Origin: Gekko japonicus | Taxonomy: Eukaryota | Assembly: GCF_001447785.1 (NCBI RefSeq) | Contig: NW_015176494.1 | Location: 167,468 to 231,467, forward strand | Direction: 5' to 3' | Length of the DNA stretch: 64,000 bases | In this document: positions 35,572 to 47,662 of the stretch, piece after piece | Position numbering within the stretch: the first letter of the stretch is position 1 | How the letters are laid out: each line of letters opens with the position of its first letter | Position numbers and translations under genes: made by a program | The notes under the pieces: model-generated | The model's database searches: none | Seen by the model: the letters and a program-made list of their open reading frames with translations, nothing else | Told to the model about the DNA's origin: nothing

Positions 35572-35964
35572 CACTCCCAGATTGCTAACTTCTCTCTTTG
35601 TACTCTCCTGCCATCAACTAGCCTGGGACAGTATCTCTTGCTAAAAGGATTAGTACTTTTAGCACACTTTACCACGCAGCCATCTAAAGACTGCCTGTTT
35701 GCTGCATGTCCCACTCCATTCATACTGACACTTTCAAGCCTTTGCACATGAGGCATGATGAGCTCAACAACTGCCCCTTCCCCTTTACTGCTCTCTGGAA
35801 AGTGGGAGTGAATTAGGCTTGGTGTAGGTACAGAGTTCAGAACTCAGGCATTCAGAATATAAGAAAGTTTAATAAATGAATAAGAATCTTACACATAATA
35901 TGAACAAGCATCATGCTGTGTGAGGATAAAAAGAAACAGTGTAAACAAGCAGTCCTCTGAAACT

Positions 35965-37310
35965 TTTAAAAATATATATATTTTATTTCGCTTTTAATTC
36001 CCATAATACAAGTTTATACAAAACATCATAACAAAGGAAGAAATAACATTTAAACTAATTTGTCAAGGATAGCCTACAATATGCCCAAGTTGGATTGATT
36101 TCTAATATATCTATTGTCCTATCTTTATAATCCACTTGGGAACGTTCCCACAAACTTAATTCTACGTTCCAAAAATATATCATTATACAATTCATACATC
36201 TTTTGTTTCCCTTACCCCCCTTAACCCCAAATTATTTTTTTCAATTGCTATTAATTACTTGTCAATTTATTTCTTTACACTTCTAATATATAATTTTATT
36301 ATGTAATTATTACAATTAAAGGAAAGCAAGAATTACTGCTGAACACCCAATTTTTAATCTAGTGTTTATCTTCGGGACGTGCTGCCCACTTCGGAATCTT
36401 TGGTTCCCCAAAGGAGTCCCTAAAAGAGATTCGCCATTGGTGGGCTGGGGATCTTCCCCATATAGTCTTACCCGCGTTACCCAACTTACATTTAAGTAAA
36501 AGTTTTTATTCCAGCACTGCCTATTTCACATCCTTATCAGGTCTAGTCCTATGAGCCACTGGCAGCCTGCATAATAGCTGTAACCCTTTCCTCTCCCGAA
36601 GGTACATCATGGACTGTCCAAGTCCTTCCCCCTTGGGTAACTCTGAGATGACCCAGAGGTAACCACCTATATGATATTTTTAGCTCTTTTAGTCTCTGTA
36701 CCACTGAACACATATTTCTTCGAGCCGTCAAGATTTCATACGGGAGATCTGGGAATATTTGGGTGATAACATCATCTAGTTTCAAACCTTTTGGCTACGA
36801 GCAGTTTCTAAAATTAATTTCTGTCTTTGAACATTTACAATCTCTGCAAAAACATCTGGGATTAAGGCTGGTGACGTGGCTCTACTAGTGTTTAGTCTGT
36901 ATGCTGTCGTAACCACTGTACCCGAAAGTTTCAGCTCACCACTCAGCCACGAATTTAAAGCTGTAGTCAGGTTGGTGTTCAGTTCAAAGTTTGGTGGAAT
37001 CCCGTAAATTTTAATTTTCCGCTTACACACTCTTGAGTTCTAGTAACACTAACTTACTTTTGGGCCAGGCTTCATAATCACATAGCTCCAAGATAGCTTG
37101 TTTGTTATTTTTCACTTCTGCCGCAGCTGAGTCTGCAACTGCTTTAATTTCTTCCATGCTCTTTGTTAAGTTGTCTATTTTTGTAGTCATTGGAGTGATA
37201 AGACTCTTGATTTCTTCTTTAGATAATTTCATTTCTTCCTCAGCTGGTAGAGGTCTGTGTATTTTCTTCTTTTGACCTTTGGGTCCTCCCATCTCAGCCT
37301 TCAAGATTAG
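35965..37310 (-). mobile_element. L1-type ORF1-only element (HAL1-like), decayed
   Basis: Frameshifted ORFs 37023-37304, 36782-37030 and 36549-36785 give a coiled coil, KRKIKIYGIP, IFPDLPYEILTARR and LKISYRWLP (L1 ORF1p layout), followed by an AT-rich 3' region and no ORF2. Confidence 0.65.
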
Positions 37311-38124
37311 GAGTTTTATTATTATTTATGGTAGGCATTTTAAATTCTTCTGAAACTTTATACTTATCCTAAATGGTGTTGAATTCGGATAGACTACTAA
37401 CTCTTAGGGTTGCAGCATTTAAAATTTATCTTTTACCTTCATTCTCAGAGGCTGGGACTTCTCCCCATTTTTCCTAGATATGTGGTCAAGATGGAGTCCC
37501 ATTGCAAAGGCTTAGTCCTTCGTGACTTGAGCAAATACAGGCAAAGAAGAAGAGAGGCAAAAGAGCTTCCTTATATGGAGAATGTCTACTCTCCCCATTG
37601 TGAGTCCATCCTTCTCTAGGGTCATTCCCAATCTTCCAGACCCAAAAGAAATATGATCTAGGGGCTTCTGGCCTGTCCAGTCTCTGTCCCTTACATATGA
37701 CAATCCAGCTGAGGTGTTAGCTGCTAAACCTTTTGTCTTACTCTGGCCAGCCCCATTTGCATCTCAAAGTATAGGTGCTTGGGAAATCACTGATTTATCC
37801 CCTGTACTTTCCCTCTTGCCAGTTGGAAACTTGCAGCAAGTCTCTTGGAGCATGAGCAGAGTGTAGACTGTACCCCATGACTGTAACATAGATGGGAAGT
37901 CTGGGGTGGAGGGCATTTCTTCACACCTCCTATCCACACATTTTGGATAGTGCAAAATAAATATAATTGAATCAGAAAGACACCACATGAACAAGACCAG
38001 ATTCTAGGATACATGTTTCAAACACTTATGGCTTTTTTTCAGGCTTTTTCTTTACGGTAGCATGATCCTTGGGGCATGTTATAGACAACAGATATGCAGT
38101 TTCAACAGCCATTGGACTTGGGAG

Positions 38125-38329
38125 CAGTGTTCCCTCTAAGCTGAGTTAGTGTGAGCTAGCTCACAGTTTTTAGCCTCCAGCTCACACATTTTTGTCTCAG
38201 CTCAGGAAGGACGGCTCCAGAGCAAACTAATTTATGCAGTAGCCAAATCGCGCGCTCGCAACTATAATGCCAGTAGCATACAAAGTAAAAATTTTGCTCA
38301 CAGGACCCCACAGCTTAGAGGGAGCATTG
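38125..38329 (+). mobile_element. hAT-type MITE family A
   Basis: TIRs present; TSD not recognisable. Confidence 0.85.
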
Positions 38330-38664
38330 CGGTAGCATCCTTGATTCTCACATTTTACAGAGTGCTCTTTCAGGGAAGGAGAAAGGAAGCAAGAAAGCTG
38401 CTGCTCTTCTGGCCTGGGGTCAAGCTGGTCTTCCTGCAAGAAAGGAGTGTGACCTCCCCATGACCCTTGCAGTTTACAGAAGCCAAAGAATTCTTCCTTA
38501 CATGTCTTTAATCGGCATGTCCCGTCCTGGCTACACCATTAGCTATTGTAAATGCTCCCAATGGCCTTTTAAAGATATTTTATATTTATATCTTCTTTAT
38601 TTATATTTGTCTTTATACTTGCATTATTCAGAAGTTCTTTTGGGGAAACAGAGGCCATTCCATA

Positions 38665-38875
38665 TGAACATAAGAAGCAGGTTTTTACTGAATCAGACTG
38701 TTGGTCCATTTAGCTTCCTCCTATCTACGGGGCTGGCAGCCCTTCTCCAAGGTCTTAGGCAGAGACAGATTCCCCCCTCACCTGCTATCTCCAGTCCTTT
38801 GAAGTGGGATGCCAAGGACTGAAATCAGCAGAGTATTCTGCATGCAAAGCAAGCGTTCTACTGCTGAGCCACTGA
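38665..38875 (-). mobile_element. old tRNA-derived SINE (same family as 49781-49997)
   Basis: Minus-strand gtggctcagcagtagaacgcttgctttgcatgcaga head. Confidence 0.55.
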
Positions 38876-39522
38876 TAACCAGCTTGGAGACACCATGTCA
38901 CCAAACACCTTTTTGGAATAGGTCCAAGAAAGGAAACACAAGCCTCTGTTAGCTTCTCCAGCAGAATTGGGGGGGGGGGGTTGTTTTGCTGCTTTGTAAC
39001 TGAACTGCCAGACATTTTGTGAGTGTATTTCTTAGTCTGTTGCAGCAAAATAAAATGGAATGCTGGTAGGCACCTCTCCTTGCATCCGATGAACTGAGTT
39101 CTGACTCATGAAAGCGAACCCCGGAATAAATGTTAAGACTATAAGATGCCACTGGACTTCTGTTTTATTTTGTGCGTACATGAGGGCGTCTGCGGGTGTG
39201 TAAACCGTTGTGCAATTTTCCTCTTGAGGACAAGGGCAGAAATGAATTTGCGGAAGAGCCCCCACCCCCACCCCCAAATCCTCCCTTTTCCTCAGCAATC
39301 TTTTTTCTTTTCTCTCCCATTCTTTTGCAGCGAACATCTCACTGTCAGAGAGAGCCTGAGGGACACTAGGACCCAGAGGCCGCCAAGCAGCAGAGGCAGG
39401 CTCCTGCTCTGACATCTTCCCTGCCTCTGCAGCCTTCCTCTGCTGATCTCCTTCCATGGTGACTGACCACCGCCGACCCAGCCCAGGTGCCAGACCGCGG
39501 GAGGAGCAGCGCTCTGACCCCA

Positions 39523-39642
39523 ATGGCCTCTCCCAGGACAGTCACCATCGTGGCCCTCTCGGTAGCCCTGGGGCTCTTCTTTGTCTTCATGGGGACCATC
39601 AAACTGACCCCTCGGCTCAGCAAAGATGCTTACAATGAAATG
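39523..39642 (+). CDS. TMEM35A: TMEM35A (NACHO) coding exon 1, upstream duplicate copy A
   Basis: [43 protein letters not shown] followed by a gtgagt donor; coding sequence identical to copy B. Confidence 0.8.
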
Positions 39643-40228
39643 GTGAGTAGCTCGGCTAGGGTGGGAGACATTTTGCTGGCACTGGCAGCGTTCCCCAAAC
39701 TGAACTGCCAGACATTTTGTGAGTGTATTTCTTAGTCTGTTGCCGCAAAATAAAATGGAATGCTGGTAGGCACCTCTCCTTGCATCCGATGAACTGAGTT
39801 CTGACTCATGAAAGCGAACCCCGGAATAAATGTTAAGACTATAAGATGCCACTGGACTTCTGTTTTATTTTGTGCGTACATGAGGGCGTCTGCGGGTGTG
39901 TAAACCGTTGTGCAATTTTCCTCTTGAGGATAAGGGCAGAAATGAATTTGCGGAAGAGCCCCCACCCCCACCCCCAAATCCTCCCTTTTCCTCAGCAATC
40001 TTTTTTCTTTTCTCTCCCATTCTTTTGCAGCGAACATCTCACTGTCAGAGAGAGAGAGAGCCTGAGGGACATTAGGACCCAGAGGCCGCCAAGCAGCAGA
40101 GGCAGGCTCCTGCTCTGACATCTTCCCTGCCTCTGCAGCCTTCCTCTGCTGATCTCCTTCCATGGTGACTGACCACCGCCGACCCAGCCCAGGTGCCAGA
40201 CCGCGGGAGGAGCAGCGCTCTGACCCCA

Positions 40229-40348
40229 ATGGCCTCTCCCAGGACAGTCACCATCGTGGCCCTCTCGGTAGCCCTGGGGCTCTTCTTTGTCTTCATGGGG
40301 ACCATCAAACTGACCCCTCGGCTCAGCAAAGATGCTTACAATGAAATG
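40229..40348 (+). CDS. TMEM35A: TMEM35A (NACHO) coding exon 1, copy B (contiguous with intron 1)
   Basis: Same 40-aa N-terminus; gtgagt donor at 40349, phase 0, joins in frame to 45975. Confidence 0.95.
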
Positions 40349-41971
40349 GTGAGTAGCTCGGCTAGGGTGGGAGACATTTTGCTGGCACTGGCAGCGTTCC
40401 CCGGGTCTGCCTGCTTCTCCCGTCATGAGCTGCCCTAGCTGTGGATGTGCCAAGGCTGGGGGTGGAGGGTGGGGAATGGGTACCACAAACAGCATCTTTG
40501 GTTGGCAGGGAAGCCCAAATCTCACCCACTTGCTGCTCAGCTCCCCTTAGCTGTCAATCAGTGGTTAGATCCCTCTGGCTTCCTATTCCCCCCTATTGCT
40601 TCTTTCCCCCCCCCCCCCAAAGCAAGAGAAGGGAAGGAGGATGGAGAAAATATGGAACGGAGAGGGCTGTCCATAAACATGTGAAATTCTTGCTTTAAAT
40701 GAGATGTACCAGGGCATGGCAAGGATGCCCATATTTTCCATTCTTTCTGTATACGGGGAGCAAGATAATACAGGACCCCAAAGGGATGCCTTAAGATGAT
40801 ATGGGGCCGGGGGGGGGGGGGGGGGGGGTGTGTCCAAGGGCAAGGCCAGCAATATCTGGTCCTCTGAAGTGGCCTGCCTCAGGCAGCTGATTTGGGGATA
40901 CTATTAACCAATTATTGTTAATTACCTTTACAAGAGGGGTCATTTGGATGACCTGTCTGGGGCATTAGAAAGGTCTCCAGCCTCATCAGGCAAAGGGTAA
41001 TTTACATGCTGCCCCCCACCAGAGAAGATTCTGGAAAATGACACCTTTGGATTCTCTCTCAGCCAGGGATTTCTGGCTGAGGAAGTGCAGTGTCTCTCCC
41101 TGTAGCTTGGATGCTTTCCACCCTTTCCTATCCTGGCTCCACAAAATCTGATAGTGAGCCCTGTGGGCAATTGGAGCCCAGTTGCCCCTCAACCATTTAA
41201 GGCTTTCCTTTCCTGGTTTGCTAGGATTGTTTTTCCAAGGTGAGAAACACACCACCATGGAAGTTTCCAGCATGTTCTGGTATTACTCCTGATATACTCT
41301 CCTCCCTAGGGAAGCAGATGAATGAATTGTAGTAGTTCTGTTCATTGCTAAGCTGCCTGAGGGGAGGCCTGGCAAAATAACTGTCCTCGTGAGGTATAAA
41401 GAGAAAGGGTAGCTGACTGAAATAGCCTAGGCTGGTTTTAAAATCCTAACCTAGTAAACCCCCTTTTCTTGTGCTACTGTCTATTAATTTAAATATGCCT
41501 CAGTGTTACCAGCAGTGGTGATTCTCTGTGATGTCACTTTTTGGAATTTTTCTGTATCCTTTTTTTAGATGTAGTATTTTTTAAACAAACCCACTGTTGT
41601 TAGTTGCTTTACTCTGTAACATTCTAGAACTCTGGTTTCAATCCTCATTCCAGAGGGGGAACCTTCTTTAGATCTGAGTGTTGCTTCTCCCACTTTGCCT
41701 ATCTATGGAGTGGTGCTCGCCCACTCTGGATGGACTGAGTTCTCTCAAACTGGTTTTGCTTACAAACTGGCCTCTCTTTGTAACATCTCTCCACTCTGTT
41801 GCTCGTAACATTAAATGTAAATACCGTATATCTGCTATGGGATGTGTACTTCATGCATCTGGCTCTGCCTCATGCAGGCTTATGCTGAAATAAATCTTAC
41901 TAGTCTTTAAAACTGCTGTGGGGCTTCTCTGTGATTTTGGATTCCGATAATATCTCCAAAAAAAAAACCCA

Positions 41972-42202
41972 ACACCTGAACATAGCTTCCATTCTTCAGC
42001 TTTCAGGTATTTCTAAATTACTCTTTGCAAATAACTTACTTCATGTAACCTAAACTTCATTTTGCTTCATTTTCTTCCCTCCACACACCTGACCATAGCT
42101 TCCATCCTTCAGCTTTCAGTTATTTCTAAATTACTCTTTGCAAATAGGTTCAATAACTTACTTCATGTAACATAAACTTCATTTTGCTTCATTTTCTTCC
42201 CT
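41972..42202 (+). repeat. ~113-bp tandem duplication in TMEM35A intron
   Basis: acacctga.catagcttccat.cttcagctttcag...ttttgcttcattttcttccct occurs twice. Confidence 0.85.
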
Positions 42203-42747
42203 TTTACTCCACTCTTCTCTTGGTATTTCTTCCAACTCCCAAATTGCTTTTTTCCATTGGAATAAGTTGCCATTCCTACTCCTTAGCTGACTGACCAGCA
42301 AAAGGAACACCCAATCTGTCCTCTTCCTGTCTGGGACCAGGAGGCAGGACTTCTAGTCAAAGGGTGTTACCTTCCTCAGCATCAGAAGACTGGCAACTTT
42401 TTAAAATACTTGCTAGCAAGAGTAATAGGATACAATTCATCAAGGGATGAACAACCTTGCAAAGTCAAGGGGGAAAGCCAGTCTACCACCACCTAGAGTT
42501 CCCAGGAAGCCTGAAGAAAAATGACCTGTCCCTTTAAAAGAGGCTTACCTGGCAACTAACATGCTAATAAGTCTCTCTTAAAGGGACAGGACACTTTCCC
42601 TCCAGGCAGTTGGCAACCGTAAACCTAGGAGAAGCAGAATGAGTATCTGTTGTGTTCACTAACAGGTGAGTTGACATGAGTTATTTGGTAAAATAACCCA
42701 GGATCCCAGTGAACAATGGAGTTACGGTTGTGTTCAAATACTTTGTT

Positions 42748-43262
42748 GATAAGAACAAAAGAGACGCCAATGTTGGATCAGGCCAAAGGCCCATCCAGTC
42801 CAACACTCTGTCACACAGTGGCCAAAAATACCAGGTGCCATCAGGAGGTCCACCAGTGGGCCCAGGACACTAAGAGCCCTCCCACTGTTGACCCCCCCAA
42901 GCACCAAGATGACAGAGCATCACTTGCCCCAGAGTCCCTATCTATACCTTGTGGCTAATAGCCACTGATGGACCTCTGCTCCATATGCTTATCTAATTCC
43001 CTTTTGAAGCCGTCCATGCTTGTAGCTGCCACCACTTCCTGTGGCAGTGAATTCCATGTGCTAATCACTGTTTGGGTGAAGAAGTACTTGCTTTTATCTG
43101 TTCTAACCCGACCGCTCAGCAATTTCATTGAGTGCCCACGAGTTCTTGTACTGTGAGAAAGGGAGAAAAGTACCTCTTTCTCTACCTGCTCTATCCCATG
43201 CATAATCTTATAAACTTCAATCATGTCACCCCTCAGTCATTTCTCCAAGCTAAAGAGCCCTG
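42748..43262 (-). mobile_element. CR1 LINE 3' fragment (second subfamily)
   Basis: DMIEVYKIMHGIEQV...RTRGHSMKL...YFFTQTVISTWNSLP. Confidence 0.88.
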
Positions 43263-43464
43263 CAAGTGATCTGCAAGTGCTGTTGTATCTACCACTAAAT
43301 GGAAAATAGATGGATAAATCCAATAGGAGTACAACTCAGTCCTGTGTCTGTTTGCTCAGAAGTACTTTCAGGAGATTGCAGATTTAGTATTTATAGAATG
43401 AGAGCTGTGTATCCAAGAATAAGAATAACACAAGTTTAATACCCCTGTTCAGCCATGAAGTTCA

Positions 43465-43680
43465 TCTGTGATGCCATTGTGGTAGTGGTGGAAAATGCCA
43501 TCAAATCCCAGCTGACTTATAGGCAGGAAACGTTTCAGAGGTGGTTTGCCATTGCCTGCCTCCGTGTCATGGCCCTGGTATTCCTTGGAGATCTCCCATC
43601 CAAATACTAGCCAGGGCCATCGCTGCTCAGCTTCCAAAATCTGACGAGATTGGGCTAGCTTAGGCTATCCAGGTCAGACA
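43465..43680 (-). mobile_element. 5S rRNA-derived SINE with RTE-like tail
   Basis: Minus strand gcccaatctcgtcagattttggaagctgagcag...ggctagtatttggatgggaga matches the 5S rRNA internal promoter region, followed by ggcaatggcaaaccacctc. Confidence 0.8.
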
Positions 43681-43974
43681 CCATCGGAGGCAGAGTCACA
43701 CCTTTCTAAGCCGATTGGTTTAATGGACTTAGAAGGATGTGATTCTACTTATGATGGAACTGTAGGTGACCTGGGGCCAGTCACGATCTCAACATAGCCC
43801 AGCTTACCTCCAAGGCTGTTGCAAGGACAAAATGAGGAGACACCATGCATGCTGCCCTGAGATCCTTAGCGGAAGAGTGGGTTTTTAAAAACTGTAGCAA
43901 ATATTTCCCTAAACATTCAGAATACTTCTCAGTAGCTGCTCAGCAACCAGTGCTTTTAGCACTCAGAAGATGGG

Positions 43975-44150
43975 ATGGGATGGAGCTCAGAGGAAGAGAA
44001 TCTGCGTTGCATCCAGAAGATCCCAGGTTCAATCCCTGGCATCTCCACTTTGAAAAAAGGGTGAGATAGTCAGGGACCCGAGAGAGACCTTAGACACTCC
44101 CTACCCGTCAGAGGAGACAGGGCTGATCTTGATAGACGAAGGGTCCCACT
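43975..44150 (+). mobile_element. old tRNA-derived SINE
   Basis: B-box cccaggttcaatccctggcatctcca; same family as 49781-49997. Confidence 0.6.
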
Positions 44151-44218
44151 CAGTGGTCACGTCCATACCAGGATTCTGGCATGGTCACCAAAGAAGGAAA
44201 AGAAAGTCCTATCCTGTT

Positions 44219-44440
44219 AAAGGTAAAGGTTCCCTTGCTCGAAAGCCAGTCAAGTCCGACGCTAGGGTTGCGGTGCTCATCTCCGTTTCAAAGCCGAAGA
44301 GCCAGCGCTGTCCGAAGACGTTTCCGTGGTCATGTGGCCGGCATGACTAAACACCAAGGCGCACGGAACGCTGTTACCTTCCCACCGAAGTGGTACCTAT
44401 TTATCTACTTGCAATTTCATGCTTTCGAACTGCTAGGTTG
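44219..44440 (-). mobile_element. Sauria SINE, 5'-truncated
   Basis: aaaggtaaaggt tail plus conserved body. Confidence 0.88.
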
Positions 44441-44879
44441 TTAACAGAGGCTTAATGGGATGTTATTTACCAAGTGATGCTATTTACTCCCATGCTGTGA
44501 AAAGCTTCGATTGCCCATTTCTATACATTAAGCCACTGTTAAAGGGACAGGACATTTTTCTCCAAGCCTGTTGGCAACCCACATTTTGGTCTCCCTTGGC
44601 TGCTAAGGTGAAGCATTTCTTCCCCTACTTTCACAAAGCATGTGCCTGCGTTCATGCACCTTCCAACTTTTCCCTGGGTTTGTTGCAATCTCTCATAATC
44701 TGCTTTACTGGACAATATTTTTGGAAAGACTACAGTCAAGCCTGGGTGGATGAGAAAATGCAGATCTTTCCTGGTCCCACCAACTACGATGCCCCAGTCC
44801 CCCAGTGGTTGCCAAAACCCCCCCCATGCAACAGGAGGGCTTGGGGGAAGTTCTTAGTTGGCAATTAGTATATCACTAT

Positions 44880-44990
44880 ACCACAGAAACGTCTTTGGAC
44901 AGTGCTGACTCTTCGGCTTGGAAATGGAGATGAGCACCACATCCCTAGAGTCGGATTCAAGTGGCTTTCGAGCAAGGGAAACCTTTACCT
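44880..44990 (+). mobile_element. Sauria SINE 3' fragment
   Basis: Body plus acctttacct tail. Confidence 0.8.
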
Positions 44991-45974
44991 ATAGTGGTAT
45001 GCAGCGGTCATTTTGTAGGAAAAGAGGTGCAGGAGCTCATTAGCATAACTCATTAGCATAACTTATTTGCATATGCCACATACCCTGGCATCACCAGAAG
45101 TGTGTCAGAAGGCAACACCCACCACTCAGGCTCCATTGGACTGTTTTGGATTGCTAGCTATGAGTGAGGGGACGCGCAGATCCTCGTGCTCCTCGTGGCC
45201 CAGGGCTGCTGGGAGCAGGGGGTGGGGCTTGTTGCATGTGCCCGCCCCCTGGGCTCTTTACTGCCGGAGCTCCGCTCCTGTGCACTCCTGCAGGAAATGA
45301 CCCCTGGTGGTATGTCAATTAGCAGTTGGGGGGGAAGCGCTCTGGTGGCAGGTGAAATGGCAGCTACTGCGGGCTCAGGCAAAAGAGATTTTTATTTAAT
45401 TAATTATATTTTTAAATCGTCTAATCCCTGTGACTGCGGGGCTCTAGGCGATGTACAGATTAAAAGCAATAAAAGCCATAAAACCATAATCAGACAATAT
45501 AATTAATTAATTAGAATCAAGTGGCAATTTTTGTGGTTCCCTCCCATTTCTGACCTGTGGGCGCTTCGTGCTGGGAAACCCACCACATGGATGCTCTGTT
45601 GCCACTGCAAATGCCTCTCCGTTCACAGAAGCAACAAGAGCCCCATTGCTGTGTGGAAGAGGCCAGCACAAGGTAGCATTCATGCATCCATGGGGCTGAC
45701 TGCTGCGGAACAGCTGAGCCTGTGATGAAAGTCCCTATATAGCGACAGACCTTTCAACCTTATGATGAGAAATGGCACCCAAGGTGGGAGAGCATCACCT
45801 CTGATTCAGTTACTGATGGCTCCTCTCCACACAGGTGATTTAATTGCATTATGAGCAAAACTGACTTCCAGCCGAGCACGTCCTTCAAGGCCGTGCGGCA
45901 CTCGAGTGCGAAATGAGCTAGAACTCAGACGCCTACCGGCACTGAACACCCTCCCGTTGCTGTTTTCATTGCAG

Positions 45975-46361
45975 AAACGAGCCTACAAGAGCTACGTCCG
46001 CGCACTGCCCATGCTGAAGAAGATGGGGGTCAACTCCATCATGCTGCGCAAGAGCATCGGCACCCTGGAGGTGGCCAGTGGCATCGTCATGACGCTGGTC
46101 CCTGGGCGCCCCAAGGACGTGGCCAACTTTGTGCTGCTGCTGCTGGTCCTGGCTGTGCTCTTCTTCCACCAGCTGGTGGGCGACCCACTGAAACGCTATG
46201 CCCACGCCCTGGTCTTTGGGATCCTCCTGACCTGCCGCCTGCTGATCGCCCGTCAGCCGGAGGAGCCACTGCCCGAGAAGAGGACCCTGTCGGTGAATGG
46301 CGAGGAGCAGCCACTTCTTGCAGAGGAGGCTCCGGAGAAGGGCAAGATCAAGGTGTCCTAG
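45975..46361 (+). CDS. TMEM35A: TMEM35A coding exon 2 (nicotinic receptor assembly chaperone NACHO; 168 aa total)
   Basis: ttgcag acceptor; [12 protein letters not shown]...GRPKDVANF...[25 protein letters not shown]...EKGKIKVS*, ending in a dilysine-type ER-retrieval C-terminus. Confidence 0.97.
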   Translation, partial: KRAYKSYVRALPMLKKMGVNSIMLRKSIGTLEVASGIVMTLVPGRPKDVANFVLLLLVLAVLFFHQLVGDPLKRYAHALVFGILLTCRLLIARQPEEPLPEKRTLSVNGEEQPLLAEEAPEKGKIKVS

Positions 46362-46674
46362 TGAGGGGCCTATGAGGGACACGGACCCTCCCAGCAGCTC
46401 TCTCTCTCTCTCTCTTTCCCAAACACCTACTTAAAGATCGGAGTTTCTTTTTCTTTTGGTTTTTGTCAAGGGTTGCAAATTGGAGCATGGGGGGTGGGGC
46501 TTAGTTTGCAGGCTAACCAAGAACTTGGCTTCTGCACACCAACCCTCTTGAGCTGCTCTCTCCTGTACCCCCCCCTACACACGTAGACATGGTTAAACTT
46601 TCCAGATGAATAAGCGTTTCTTGTGTTGAGTGAGTGACTGTGTGTGTGTGTGTATGAGTGTGTGTATGAAACAG

Positions 46675-46928
46675 ATGGCTGAATTGCTTAAGCTGACCTG
46701 CCTCTGCAACAGCTTGTATCCTTCAAGGGCAAAAAGGAGCACAGGAGGCCTAGATCCTGTGATCTGCACACGTCTCTGATCCTCTCCCCTCTCTGCCAAG
46801 CATCTAGCACTGGAGGGACAGACCCCCCCCCCCCCCACCTGAAATGAACTTTTTGTCCTGCTTCACTATGAGCCATGGCTGAATTGCTTAAGCTGACCTG
46901 CCTCTGCAACAGCTTGTATCCTTCAAGG
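46675..46928 (+). repeat. perfect 54-bp direct repeat in TMEM35A 3'UTR (46675-46728 and 46875-46928)
   Basis: atggctgaattgcttaagctgacctgcctctgcaacagcttgtatccttcaagg occurs twice, 200 bp apart. Confidence 0.9.
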
Positions 46929-47309
46929 CCAAACATCTGTCTGTGCTGCTGCCAAAAAGATCAGAGACCGCTCATTGCCTGCCTAGAAATAAATATGTTT
47001 TTTCCCACTATGCAGTTGCTCAGACTTGAAAGAGCAACAGGTTGCCGTGGCTGGGGTGGGTGAGGGCTTGGAGTGAAAGGCCACCTCCTTTGCCCACTGC
47101 GCTTGTCAATCTGACGAGCTCAAACGGAATGGAGTCCCTGTTCAGAAGCTGCTTCGGTTCTGTTAGTGCTGCACTTGGAAGGGGGAACAGAAGGAGAGGG
47201 GGAAACGGTCATCCGGGGAGAAATGTGTTTTTGGTTTTTCAGTGTGTTGCCTTTCTTGGTATTGTCTGGTTGACATCCTCCCTTCCTCCCCCTTTTTTTA
47301 ATTTATGAC

Positions 47310-47315
47310 AATAAA
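47310..47315 (+). terminator. candidate polyadenylation signal of TMEM35A (alternative AATAAA at 46988-46993)
   Basis: AATAAA ~950 nt after the stop codon, followed by T/GT-rich sequence. Confidence 0.5.
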
Positions 47316-47377
47316 CTTTTTGAAATTTGGAGGAAAAGCTTCCTTGGGTTTTGTATGAGTCCCAGTGCGGGTCGTAT

Positions 47378-47459
47378 CCAGGGGTCGTTTCGTAGAAAAA
47401 GAGCTAGGGGGACTCATTAGCATAACTCATTAGCATATGCCACACCCCCTGACATCACC
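47378..47459 (+). mobile_element. start of hAT-like MITE running into the gap (related copy starts at ~45002)
   Basis: caggggtcgtttcgtagaaaaagag...ctcattagcataactcattagcat. Confidence 0.55.
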
Positions 47460-47662
47460 NNNNNNNNNNNNNNNNNNNNNNNNNNNNNNNNNNNNNNNNN
47501 NNNNNNNNNNNNNNNNNNNNNNNNNNNNNNNNNNNNNNNNNNNNNNNNNNNNNNNNNNNNNNNNNNNNNNNNNNNNNNNNNNNNNNNNNNNNNNNNNNNN
47601 NNNNNNNNNNNNNNNNNNNNNNNNNNNNNNNNNNNNNNNNNNNNNNNNNNNNNNNNNNNNNN
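47460..47662. other. assembly gap (203 N)
   Basis: Run of n. Confidence 1.

Larger units (their letters stand above)
38998..40402 (+). repeat. 0.7-kb tandem duplication of TMEM35A proximal promoter, 5'UTR, exon 1 and donor
   Basis: Copy A 38998-39696, copy B 39698-40402; they differ by 3 substitutions and a 6-bp (GA)n length change. Confidence 0.95.

Noticed and set aside
39032-40525. 160-186 aa minus-strand ORFs over TMEM35A exon 1
   Set aside because: Antisense frames in GC-rich sequence, repeated only because of the duplication.
43570-43680. Functional 5S rRNA gene; likewise tRNA genes at SINE heads
   Set aside because: Diverged, incomplete and fused to SINE bodies.
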